Source of the DNA: Novakomyces olei
Lineage: Eukaryota
Reading direction: 5' to 3'
Assembly (NCBI GenBank): GCA_016906335.1
Contig: JADEYG010000001.1
Location: 1,550,001-1,614,000, forward strand
DNA length: 64,000 bases
Position 1 is the first letter of the stretch. The number at the start of each line of letters is the position of its first letter. A model generated the notes under the pieces. The model did no database searches. It was not told the origin of the DNA and saw only the letters and a program-made list of their open reading frames with translations. Shown in pieces: positions 48,310-59,532 of the stretch. The position numbers and the translations under genes are program-made.

Positions 48310-51300
48310 ATGAACAGATCGACGTCACTACGGGTAAGTTGACTGTACCAAACACGATCTAACTATTGCAGTCCGCCCACGGCCACGGGTACAGCGGCTC
48401 TGACCGTTCCGCTTCTGCCAGAGGCAATTACAGTACAGGGTTTTCTGCGACAGGTCTGGGCCAGGCGGACTCGCGTGCTTCACTGGCAGCGGCGGCGGCC
48501 GCTACTGCTCTTTCCCGATCAAACTCAGCTGCCAGTCTGCGTGCGTCTGAGGCTGATTCACGTCGGTACTCTCTCGGCGGCACTTCAATGCGCCGGAGCT
48601 CGAGCGTGCTCGGCCACCACGGCTCTCTGCCGAGACCAGCGAGCTCTCTGCCCCGATCGACTTCTGCTATGGCTCATATAAGCAGTGGCAGTGGCAATGG
48701 CAGTGGCAATGGCAATGGCAATAGCAGTGTAGGCGCCTTGGCTGCTCCACAACGGCGCGGAACTGCCGCCTCTGGTGCCGCCTCCCTTGCGGCTCTGCAG
48801 CAAAAACGAGGGCCTGGCCAGTCTATGGGTTCTGTTGGCTCTATTGGCTCTAGCCGTCGGCCTGAATCTGCAGGAGGGTTTAGAGCGCCTACTGCCCCAG
48901 CTAGAACTGCTGTTCTACGCACGAGTCGTTCCAGTCGCACTCCGAAAACTATAGGCAATTACTCTGTTGGAGGCAATTATTCTACTGGAGGCAATTACTC
49001 TACGCCTGCGGAAATACGTGTCGACCCTCCTCGGTCACGGTCACGGACCCCGTCTATCAGATCTTTCCGCTCAGAGCTGGAAAGCATCTCCGAGTCGGCA
49101 AATGCTCCACTGCCAAGTATTAAATCGGCAATGAAGGGAGGAGGCTCTGGAGGAGGCTCTGGAGGAGGCTCTGTAGCGGGTTCGACTCCGGGAGCTGCTG
49201 GCCCAGCTCCTCTTGGCCGCGGAGCACAAAAGCTCGGGTCTGTACCAGCCTCACCTACTCCGCCCAGCGTTGTCTCTGAGACAGAATCTGCCTCTGCAGG
49301 CAGAGCCGTGGACCCGCGCCGCAAGACGCGTGTCAGTTTCTCTGACAGTGCAGGCGAAACTCCACCATCACTCGATCCTACAGTGCCGGTAGACACTGTC
49401 AGGAGTAACAGTGCAAATCCTGTTAAAATGACAGGAGAAAATGGGTACGAAGCAGGTACTGAAACTGGTGGAGCAGGTACTGAATTCAGCCATACTCTGG
49501 CAGAACAGCAAGAGCAGCAAACGCTTATCGCCAACGGACTGGCCCGGCAGCCCGGCCAGGCTACGACAGAGGAGGCAGTAACCAAGAATAATGGGCCAGA
49601 GAGCCTGGCTGAGACCGGGCAAGGCGGCCAAGGAAACGAGAGCCAAGCAGCGGAAGCGTCTTTAGCGAGTTCAGTCTCCTCCCGAGGCTCTGTTTATTCC
49701 GATGCAGAAGAGGCCTTTGCCGGCTCAAGAAGGACAGACAATTTGAGGACAGACAATTTGACGGCAAATGTGCCAGCCGTCAAGGCCAGTACAGCAGTGG
49801 AAAACAGGGTTTCAGGCAATACTCTGCTCGAAAAACCGCAGAAATCTGCTGCTCAGTCCGGCTCAGTTACGAGTCCCGCCTCGACGGGTCCTCGCAAGCT
49901 CACACGTGACGAGATTATCAATCGAGCCCGTTTAGCTGCTCAGTCAAGCCAGTCAAGAAGCAACAAGCGTCTGTCCAACGTGGGTATGGGAGACGTTGGC
50001 ACTGCACTGCCAAACAGGCCAGGGTCAAGGTCGGCTTCCAGGTCAGCTGCCCGACCAGACTCGAGGCCTGGCCAGGCCGCTGAGATTCAGCAGCTCGAGG
50101 AAGCAGCTCGTGCCCGGGCTCTTCAGCAGTTGGGTGGAGGCAGTTTAGGCAGAGGCAGTTTAGGCGGAGGCATTTTATCTGGACCGGCTGCCTCGTACGA
50201 CAACGACAGCGATTCTGATTCAAGTTTTCGGCAGAGAAGAAGGCAAAGGCAGTCGGCTGCCTCGTCAACTCCCGCTGGAGCCTCTCAGTTCCGAGTGTCG
50301 ATGAGGAGGAACAATGGTCCTCAAGATCAGCAGCAACAGACTCCATCATTTCGCAGAAACTCGATTACGTCACTGTCCTCTGGCCCAGGCCGGTCTCCGA
50401 GCGTGAGAAGGATGCGGCTCTCTATGCGGGCCGAGCAGTCACCGGCCCCGGCTGTTCCCGCCATCCCCGCCGACTACCGTGCCGGGTCCTTGACGCGTAG
50501 CGTTTCGCGTAGCAGTTTTACGCGTACTACTCTACGAGGCAATAATAATAACATAAATGATCAAGGTACTCCGGGCAAGGTGTCTGTGTTTTCCCGGCTG
50601 TCTCTACGGCCCAGCAGGGGCAATCTAAAGCAGCAGGCCGGCAGGGACAGGGATTTCGATCTCGACCAGGAGGACTACCGTCCCTCACCGAGACAGCAGT
50701 CACGTGAACGCTCAGGGCTGGCTCGATTGTCGATGCGTGAGCCTGCTGCCGGCAGTGGAAAGAGCCGGCCTGCTAAATCAAAATTTCAGAATAATATTAT
50801 TAATAATAATAATATTAATAATAATATTAATAATATTAATAATAATAATAATAATATTAATAATAATAATAGCAGTATGAGAAACAGGTTATCGCAAAGC
50901 GCTGGAGTCGGCCAGAGCCGTCGGCTGGCAGATTCTGATTCGGAGATTGACGTGCTTGATGCAATGGCAGAAGGCCCTCCACCTGGTCCGGCTTCGACCC
51001 GTCGACGAGGCTTTTTCAACAGTCTACGCAAGAGCCGCCGGCAGTCTGCAGACGACGGAGGCCGCACTTTTTCTCTGAGCAATTCTACTCCCCGGTCGGG
51101 TCCTACTCTACGTGGAGGCGGAGGTGGACTGGCGGCCGCTGGTACACATGGCCTGACTGCCACAGCGCCCCCAGAGTACTCGGCAACAGAAGAGCACTTG
51201 TACCTGCCACAGGAGCCTCCGCGAGGACAGGATGCAAACGAGCAGGAAAGGCTTATGAGCGTATCGAGACGCACGGGCAAAGTTAAAAAGTTTCAGAAAC

Positions 51301-51329
51301 TGAGACGGCTGTTTGGAATACGTGACTAG
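48310..51329 (+). CDS. Large Ser/Arg/Gly-rich disordered protein, probably Seg1/Sle1-like eisosome scaffold (intron 48334-48371)
   Basis: Exon 1 MNRSTSLR spliced in frame; AAAAATAL near the N-terminus, RKTRVSFS, and a basic amphipathic C-terminus KVKKFQKLRRLFG. Confidence 0.55.
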
Positions 51330-51544
51330 TGCCCGCGATACTGGTTGGTGGCCGATTAAAGATTAGTACGCAAACAATTGTATGAATTAGGATGTATATT
51401 ATGCACTAAAATGCACTAAAATTTGTGGTATCAGTTCAGTTGGCAGTGCCTACGACGCCAGACATGTTTACATTAATAGAATAAAATAGTACTGGTAAAA
51501 GATATAATCAAATAAATACGGTTTAAAAAGTATGCTTAAAATAA

Positions 51545-51700
51545 ATAAAATATAATAAAATATAATAAAATATAATAAAATATAATAAAATATAATAAAA
51601 TATAATAAAATATAATAAAATATAATAAAATATAATAAAATATAATAAAATAAAATATAATATAATAAAATATAATAAAATAAAATATAATATAATATAA
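51545..51700. repeat. (TATAATAAAA)n 10-bp repeat, about 11 perfect copies plus a degenerate tail
   Basis: Read directly. Confidence 0.93.
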
Positions 51701-52211
51701 TCAAATCAAATATCATTACTATTGTAGCTCGTCATCTAAAGACAGTGTGTACACTTTTCTGCCAGAGACGAAACGTGTCGCCGCTCTATAAAGCCAAGCA
51801 AATGCGTTCAATGGCAAGTGTATATTTGTAGTAATAATTGCCGTCCAGTCTGAGATTATTTGACTACGGCTCTGACAGTGACCAGTGGGGCCTATCAGCA
51901 AGGCGGTTTGCAAATCTACACTTTAGCGCCGACGCTGTGGAGATTATAAGCAATCCTGTGGCATTTACTGTGTATGTACTCTGTAAGATTGGCAGACAAA
52001 GTAACGCAGTACGCCTCGTACGACAGTGAAGTCAGAGTATACAGTGAAGACAGAGTATTACAGTGCAGACAGAGTACAAGTCACAGAATAAGTCATAGAA
52101 TAGATTACCCCGGAAATAATATACGTAAACGAATACGCAAGCTAAACCGGGCGACTGGCAGCGCGGAATAGTGATAGTGTACGCGATACGTACAACCAGC
52201 ACGTAATCTCC

Positions 52212-52262
52212 CTTATCGCCATATCAGTTGATAACAGCGAGATAAGACTAAACCAGTTTATC
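52212..52262. promoter_or_regulatory. Cluster of five GATA boxes upstream of the subtilisin gene
   Basis: CTTATC 52212, ATATCA 52221, TGATAA 52229, AGATAAG 52240, TTTATC 52257. Confidence 0.6.
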
Positions 52263-52539
52263 CAAGCCCCGTTCTACGCTATGGCAGCGTATTCTTATAA
52301 GCGTATCTGGGTTAGCGCGAATGCGGAACAGCTAGCACGTAGCATTGCTTGGGCGGGGACTCGTCAGCTAAATAGGCGTCGTCATGGCGGACAGAGACGC
52401 AACCGCATTTTCCCACTTTTGCTTCCTTCCGCTGCTAACATTAGGAGGAAGACTCTTTGTGGCTGCTTTTTGCTGACGCGGACCACTATCCCAAATCTCG
52501 TGTAATCCCGAGTCGCTTGTAGCACTTTTTCCGCTCTAC

Positions 52540-52588
52540 TCGACCGTTCTATTCGACCGTTCTATTCGACCGTTCTATTCGACCGTTC
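52540..52588. repeat. 13-bp tandem repeat (TCGACCGTTCTAT) x about 4 in the likely protease 5' UTR
   Basis: Read directly. Confidence 0.85.
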
Positions 52589-52632
52589 TTGTCTACTTTC
52601 TCTACTCCTCGGATCAAATCAACATTGGTAGA

Positions 52633-54078
52633 ATGAAGCTGTCTTTGATATACAGCCTGAGCGCTCTGGCAGCGGGAACGCTAGCCGCTCCCTTTGACTG
52701 GCGTCGGCCGTTGGAGGCAGCAGCAGAAGAGGCCGTTCACCTCGTTGAAGAGGCGGCCGAGTCTGCCGAGTCTGCCGTCTCTCGTGTGATAGACGGAGTC
52801 GCTCCGCTCCTCTCCTCCGTCGGCGCCGAGGGCCGACACATTCCGGACCAGTATATCGTCGTGTTTAAGCCGCACGTGGACGTGCGGCTTGCTCTCGAGC
52901 ACCATGCGTGGGTGACGGACGTGCACAGCGAAAACATGCGTTCCGCTCGGGCCGAAGGGCAGCACGTGCTCGGCGCTAACACTAATATTGATACTAATAC
53001 TGTTGCTGACTCGCTTTTCACCGGACTCAAGCACGTATACGACTTTACGCAGGTGAGTGCCGACCGCGGGTTCCACGCTTACTCGGGCCATTTCTCTCCG
53101 GCAGTGCTGGACGCGATCAGGCGGCACCCCGATATCGCCTACGTTGAGCGTGACCAGACGGTGCACACTCTGCGGCTGCAGAAATCGGCTCCGTGGGGCC
53201 TTGCGCGTCTGTCGCACCGTGACCCGCTGAGTTTTAGCACTTTTAACAAGTACGAGTACGCTCACCATGGCGGAGAGGGAGTCAAGGCGTACGTCATCGA
53301 CACGGGAATCAACGTGGACCACGTTGACTTTGAGGGCCGAGCTGTGTGGGGCAAGACGATCCCGGAGGACGGTGACTATGACGGCAATGGCCACGGGACG
53401 CATGTGGCTGGCACTATTGCTGGTGCACACTATGGAGTGGCCAAGAAGGCGCAGGTAGTGGCGGTCAAAGTGCTCTCTGCCAGCGGCAGTGGCACCATGT
53501 CGGACGTTCTTGCTGGTGTAGAGTGGGCCGCTACTGCACACGTCAAGGACTCGGCCAAGGGTAACCGTGCGTACAAGGGAGCAGTGGGCAATATGTCTTT
53601 GGGCGGTGGCAAGAGCAAGACGCTGGACGATGCTATTAACGCTGCCACTGAGACGGGCATGCATTTTGCCGTTGCTGCTGGCAATGAGAACCAGGACGCT
53701 TGCAAAGTGAGTCCCGCCGGGGCTGAGGGAGCCATTACTGTCGGCGCTTCCACCCTCGCTGATGCTCGTGCTTACTTTTCCAACCATGGAGAGTGTGTGG
53801 ACATTTTCGCTCCAGGGCTGAACATTTTGTCCACGTGGATTGGGAGCAAGTACGCTACCAATACCATCTCTGGCACGTCTATGGCCAGCCCGCACATTGC
53901 CGGCCTCGCTGCCTACCTCCTCAGCCTGCACGACAAGCCCAACAAGTACACGACTGAGCAGCTTAAACGCGACCTCATCAAGATTGCCACTGTCGGCGTG
54001 ATTGAGGACTTGCCCAGCAATACCGTCAACTACCTCGCCTACAACGGGTTCCTCAACGAGACCCAGTCGGGGTACTGA
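52633..54078 (+). CDS. PRB1: Vacuolar subtilisin-like serine protease (proteinase B/Isp6/Psp3 type), intronless
   Basis: Signal peptide, I9 propeptide (YIVVFK), APWGLARLSHR, YVIDTG, GNGHGTHVAGT, AAGNE, ISGTSMASPH. Confidence 0.95.
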   Translation: MKLSLIYSLSALAAGTLAAPFDWRRPLEAAAEEAVHLVEEAAESAESAVSRVIDGVAPLLSSVGAEGRHIPDQYIVVFKPHVDVRLALEHHAWVTDVHSENMRSARAEGQHVLGANTNIDTNTVADSLFTGLKHVYDFTQVSADRGFHAYSGHFSPAVLDAIRRHPDIAYVERDQTVHTLRLQKSAPWGLARLSHRDPLSFSTFNKYEYAHHGGEGVKAYVIDTGINVDHVDFEGRAVWGKTIPEDGDYDGNGHGTHVAGTIAGAHYGVAKKAQVVAVKVLSASGSGTMSDVLAGVEWAATAHVKDSAKGNRAYKGAVGNMSLGGGKSKTLDDAINAATETGMHFAVAAGNENQDACKVSPAGAEGAITVGASTLADARAYFSNHGECVDIFAPGLNILSTWIGSKYATNTISGTSMASPHIAGLAAYLLSLHDKPNKYTTEQLKRDLIKIATVGVIEDLPSNTVNYLAYNGFLNETQSGY

Positions 54079-54515
54079 GTGCAGTTTTACTGTTCTCGTG
54101 GGAAGTTTAAGGCCGTTTAACCGGCCTGGGTTCAGGTTTTAGTTTTGTTTGTTGCGCAATCGTGCGGGGGAGTGGATGATGGTTGGTCGTTTATTTTCAT
54201 TAATCTTTTTTTTTAAATCTTTTTTTATTATTCTAATTTTATTACTTCTCTTTTTATGATTATTATTCTATTTTTTTTTTTCACACCACGTATTAGTTTC
54301 CATATTACAGGCTTTGTTGCATGTAGCATGTCGGGTAGCAGCTGGCAGAGGAACGTGATCATCCTTGCCTTTTGCGTTATACAGTCAGCTTCGTTTAAAG
54401 GTATAGTTTCGATCGATGCAGCCTTTACGCCGTTCGTTAATAAATTTCATAAAGCATAGATTCCATCTTCTACATGTGCTAAATATTCTAAAGGGGGTTT
54501 ATGCGGAAATGCGTA

Positions 54516-54588
54516 GAATTGTCTAGTGCTAGAATTGTCTAGTGCTGGAATTGTCTAGTGCTGGAATTGTCTAGTGCTGGAATTGTCT
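54516..54588. repeat. 16-bp tandem repeat (GAATTGTCTAGTGCTG) x about 4.5
   Basis: Read directly. Confidence 0.88.
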
Positions 54589-54857
54589 CGTAGATGATTT
54601 AACAAATGTATACTGCTTAATGCGAAAGCAAACGCAACCAAAACTCCAGAGCTATACGGAAATGCAGAAACAGTCTCGACCGACTTGAGCCGTTTAACAC
54701 GCACAAAAAAAAAGTGTCCGGAACCAAACTCAAAAGGCGACAAGCAAGGCTTTTTTGGAAAAAACCATACTTTACAGCAAAGCAAGAGCATTGCCACCAA
54801 ACCCACTGACCAATCTTTGAACATAAAAAAAAAAAAAAAAAAAAAAAACGCAAGATT

Positions 54858-55280
54858 TTATTTACAGGTACACACGTCCTTTCCAATCGGCTGTGGATAA
54901 GATATCACGGGTTCAGGCGCTGGCTGTCTTTGCACACAGCGTCTGGCCTTTGTCAGTACACGGTTCCAGCGCGAACTCGAGCGGTTGCGTGGAGATGGCA
55001 CTGACTGGAGACGGTGCAGGTCCAGTCTTGGATAGATGTGCCTTGGCGATTTTGCTGGCGGCGTAGGAGGAATCAGCATTTCAGCCCTTTGCTTTAAAGC
55101 GGCCAATGGCGAGTCAGAGACAACGACCATTGTGGGGACCCAAATACTGCCCGGCGTTGATATAGCAAAGCTGCTCAAACTGTTGGCACTATTCGGCTGC
55201 GTGCTTGCAAACAGGTGGCGAACAGATTCAGTGCTTTTAGTCTGCAGACGTAAATTACGCGGCCTTTTGCTCGAAAACAT
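54858..55280 (-). CDS. Hypothetical basic Ser/Pro-rich protein, possibly with further 3' exons
   Basis: GC-richer open frame between AT-rich flanks; ATG at 55280; PPTPPAKSPR and VISYP motifs; no recognised family. Confidence 0.4.
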   Translation of the reverse strand: MFSSKRPRNLRLQTKSTESVRHLFASTQPNSANSLSSFAISTPGSIWVPTMVVVSDSPLAALKQRAEMLIPPTPPAKSPRHIYPRLDLHRLQSVPSPRNRSSSRWNRVLTKARRCVQRQPAPEPVISYPQPIGKDVCTCK

Positions 55281-55699
55281 GGCTAGCCGCGATGACAATG
55301 AACAATCCCACGTATGTGATTGCCTAATTTATAAAGAACTTATATGTTTATTAATTTATTTATTAATTTATGAATTTATTTAAATCTACTTATTTATTTA
55401 TTTTTATTAATTTCTATTATTTTATGTATTAATTTTTATTATTTTATTTATTAATTTTTATTTACTAATTAATTGATTATTTTTTATTATTTATATTTTA
55501 TCATTTATTTTTTATTATCTTATTGTTTGGTCATTTTTTATAAATTCAGGGCCGTCATACATTATTATCGTACGGTGCCAGCCTCAAGTGAGCTCCATCA
55601 TTTTATCCATCATATTCACGATATAAAATATTCAGTGCGCTACCATAATAAGCGTAATATACGTCGATAACGACGACTTTTCGTCACGGTTCATTGACA

Positions 55700-57499
55700 A
55701 TGCCATCAGACTCGGGTACTGCAGCAGACGAACTGCCAAAGGCAGTCGACAGTACAAAGGCAGCAATCCGTCCAGCGATCAAGTCATGGGCTGATGATTC
55801 TGGGGACGAGCTCGATACCATTACAACGGGCATCGCTGGCATGTCACAGAAAGAAAAAGGCAGTGATCACGATAATGCAAATAAAGGCGGTCTTTTCGGC
55901 CGCATTAAAGACGCAGACGAGCCATCGCAGGCAAAGGGAGCGGTGACGACGGAGAGTGAGGCTGGTTCAAATTTGGTTGCGAATAAGCACGATGTCAGTA
56001 TAAAATTAGCAGATCTTCAAGCAGACCCCAATTCGCCACTCTACTCTGTGCATACGTTTGAAGAGCTGAATTTGTAAGCTTTTTGTATATCGCCGTGCTG
56101 TGTGTGTCTGACTTTTATAGGAGCGAAAATCTGTTGAAGGGAATTTATGCTATGAAGTTTCAAAAACCTTCAAAGATCCAAGAGAAAGCACTCCCACTCT
56201 TGCTCTCGAACCCGTAAGGAATTTTACATATTTTTAATGGTTGAAGTCTATGACGCTCGAAAATTTATCCTTCTGTTTTTCGCTTTGTTCTGTGTTGTTT
56301 CGTTCGTTTCGTTTCATTTGTTTCGTGTTTGCTTTCGGTCTCAAGACTTTGCCGGAAAAAGGCTGTATTGTTTTTCTAACTTGAAAAGACCTCGCAACAT
56401 GATTGGCCAGTCGCAATCTGGCACGGGCAAAACCGCCGCTTTTGCTTTGACTATGCTTTCCCGCGTTGATCCACAGCAAAAATCACCACAAGCTCTTTGT
56501 TTAGCTCCGTCGCGTGAACTAGCTCGTCAAATTATGGATGTTGTAAAAGAGATGGGTCAGTTTACGGATATCAGTATTGCGTACGCCATCCCAGGATCGA
56601 CCGAGCGTGGAGCTAAAGTCGGCGCGCAAATTGTTATTGGCACGCCTGGAACAATGGTGGATCTCATCAAACGCCGGCAAATCGATGTTCGCGGGGTAAA
56701 AGTCTTTGTTCTCGACGAGGCAGACAACATGCTTGACCAGCAAGGATTGGGCGAACAGTCTATGCGGGTAAAAGGGTATGGACGACGATGATCATCACAA
56801 ACGTGTGTGTAAAAAATACTAATGGATAGAACACTGCCAAAGTCTACACAAATTATCCTGTTTAGCGCCACGTTTCCAACAGAAGTAGAAGGCTTTGCTA
56901 AACGGTTTGCACCCGACGCGAATGAACTGCGATTGAAGACAGAAGAACTCTCTGTGGAGGGAATTAAGCAGCTCTATATGGATTGTGACTCGGAGGAGCA
57001 CAAGTATAATGTACTGCTAGAGCTTTACGGCCTAATGACGATCGGACAGAGTATTATCTTTTGCAAGCGTCGCGATACAGCTGATCGAATTGCACGGCTG
57101 ATGCAAGCAGAAGGTCACAGTGTTGCTAGTCTACACGGAGCGCTTACTCCAGAAGAGCGTGACAAGGTTATCGATTCTTTCCGCCAGGGAAAGAGCAAAA
57201 TTCTACTTACTACCAACGTTATTGCTCGCGGAATCGATATCTCACAGGTCAATATGGTCGTGAATTATGATATGCCGCTCGATAGTAAAGGCCGGCCTGA
57301 TCCTGAAACTTACTTACATCGTATCGGACGTACTGGCCGGTTTGGGCGCGTTGGTGTAAGTATCAATTTTACTCATGATCGTCGGAGCTGGGAGGAAATG
57401 AATGCAATTCAAAAATACTTTAACAAGCCCATGATTAAAGTGCCCACCGACGATTTGGAGGAGTTGGAGCGTGTAGTGAAAGAAGCACTTAAAAGCTAG
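55700..57499 (+). CDS. DBP5: DEAD-box mRNA export helicase Dbp5 (4 exons)
   Basis: [61 protein letters not shown]. Confidence 0.97.
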
Positions 57500-57958
57500 A
57501 CACCGATGAAGTATTCAAAATTAATAAACAAGTTGATCTATGTGTTATTTGGACTAGAATATTGTTCAGTTATAGGGAACCAATTTTGAGGATGGTATGA
57601 ATGCTACCTGCCATGCATGATACAATGATTTCTGGATGTTTTGAGCTTTTATCCGAAAGCAGATCAAAGAGCATTAATATTCGAAAACTAAAGAATATTA
57701 ATTTATTTCTATGAATGATATTCTAGCGAAAATAAATATCAAAATAATTTATTTTATTTTAATTTATTTATTAAATTTATTTAATCATTTTATTTTGTGG
57801 CGCTTAAAACGTAATTCTTATTGTCCGTTTATAACGATATATTCATCAATGAACGACTATAAAACAATAATAAAACCTATAAATCCGTGACCCAAAACCA
57901 TCTTTAAGCAGATAGATCAAGGATATGAAGCAAGACCCAACCTGGTAAGAGACGTGCT

Positions 57959-58597
57959 CTACGCCATCCGTAAATCGCCTTCCACAGCGTCGACCTTATT
58001 CTTGTCAACACCAACTTCAATGTCGGCGTTTTTCACATCAGGGTTCTTGCGATAATAGTCCTTTAAGGCTGCAGCTACTGCATCTTGAGCCAGCATGGAG
58101 CAGTGCAGCTTCACAGGTGGTAGTGAAAGTTCTTTAGCAATAACGTTATTTTTGATTTTAGCCGCTTCTTCCAGCGTGAGGCCCTTGATGAGTTCCGTTA
58201 CGTAGCTGCTTGAGGCGATCGCACTTCCGCAGCCAAACGTTTTAAACTTGCATTCCGTAATGCGCCCATTCTCGTCCACACGAATAGCCAGTTTCATCAC
58301 GTCTCCGCAGGCCGGAGCTCCGACAAGTCCGATGCCGACATCCTGATCGCCCTTGGGAAGAGTGCCCACGTTACGCGGCGAGTTGTAGTGGTCAAGGACC
58401 TTTTCGTGGTAGGCGCGTTTCTGCAGAGCTCCAGCGGCTCCAGCCACCTCCACTTTGCGCAGAGTTCGTGGTGAAGCGCGGTTCGCTAGTAGTGAGGACA
58501 GACCGCGGCGGCCGATGCTTGCGCCAGCAGTTTGGCGGCCTGTTCGCAATAGAGCGCACGCACTCTGACGTGTAATATTCATCATTTGCGTATTCAT
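57959..58597 (-). CDS. ISU1: Mitochondrial Fe-S cluster scaffold Isu1
   Basis: Arg-rich presequence, YHEKVLDHY, GAPACGDVM, FKTFGCGSAIASSS, LPPVKLHCSML. Confidence 0.98.
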   Translation of the reverse strand: MNTQMMNITRQSACALLRTGRQTAGASIGRRGLSSLLANRASPRTLRKVEVAGAAGALQKRAYHEKVLDHYNSPRNVGTLPKGDQDVGIGLVGAPACGDVMKLAIRVDENGRITECKFKTFGCGSAIASSSYVTELIKGLTLEEAAKIKNNVIAKELSLPPVKLHCSMLAQDAVAAALKDYYRKNPDVKNADIEVGVDKNKVDAVEGDLRMA

Positions 58598-59532
58598 AGT
58601 GCCAAGTTCTCTTTTCTCGTTGTCTTGCAGAGGGAGGAAAAGTTAAGGGATGAAAGTTAAACTTGATCGGTCAAAAGTATCTTATAAAAATCGATGCCGA
58701 TTATATCATATCTTGCTCACGAAAAGTCTGTACAGGGTTTTCTGGGTTTATTAGGGTAATCAACCCTCGTTCTGGAATAAACGCTCTACAGATAATATGA
58801 GATTGAGACGTCGGCCATAAGCATCCTGATTTTACGTAACCCATATCTGAGTGTTTAAGTAATACAATTTGGTATTGCTTATCACTGATACCAATTTGCC
58901 AGAGCGCGAGACAGATTTGTATAATACTGACACTAAGTGTTCCAACAAAGGTGGCTAAAACATCGTCTCTTCCAGCCTTGTAAAAATTTGAATATCCCTT
59001 TACAATCTAAAATTCTTGAATACTAAAAATTTGGAAAATGGTGCTTCAATTACAAGATTTGGATCCTGCTGCAGTAACATGGAAAGCTTAATTACATACT
59101 GCTCATACTAATCTGTATTTATCTACGAGTAGCAAAACCTAGGATATCAAAGAAAGTATTTACAAAAAATTAACACCATAAGCGAATGAGTAGTAAGAGA
59201 TAAAATATTGAGTAATTGTGATAGATAATCGATAATACATAAAATCAAAAATTAAATAAAAATTAAATAAAAAAAAAAATAAAAAAAAAATTGACCCAGG
59301 ACCAGACCAACCAAGGCGACAGAGGCACTTGTTTTCAACCAGCGGTTGGACGGTTTCAAAAGTGGCTTCTTTCCACGTAATCGCAGTCGCGTTGAGAACC
59401 GCTACTGCGGGTGCCTCCTTTTGCACAAGAATTGGCCGCCAAAACTGTGTGTTGAGAAAGAATTCCAGCATACTAAACAAATCTGCTTTTGCAATCGGAC
59501 ATCGTCGCTTTTTCGCCTCATCGCCGACAGCA

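Noticed and set aside
52681-53931. 416-aa antisense ORF over the protease gene
   Set aside because: In-register shadow of a codon-biased gene; no motifs and a GTG start.
58870-58900. GATA/CCAAT iron-response element upstream of ISU1
   Set aside because: Does not match ATCWGATAA exactly, and such short motifs are expected by chance in AT-rich DNA.
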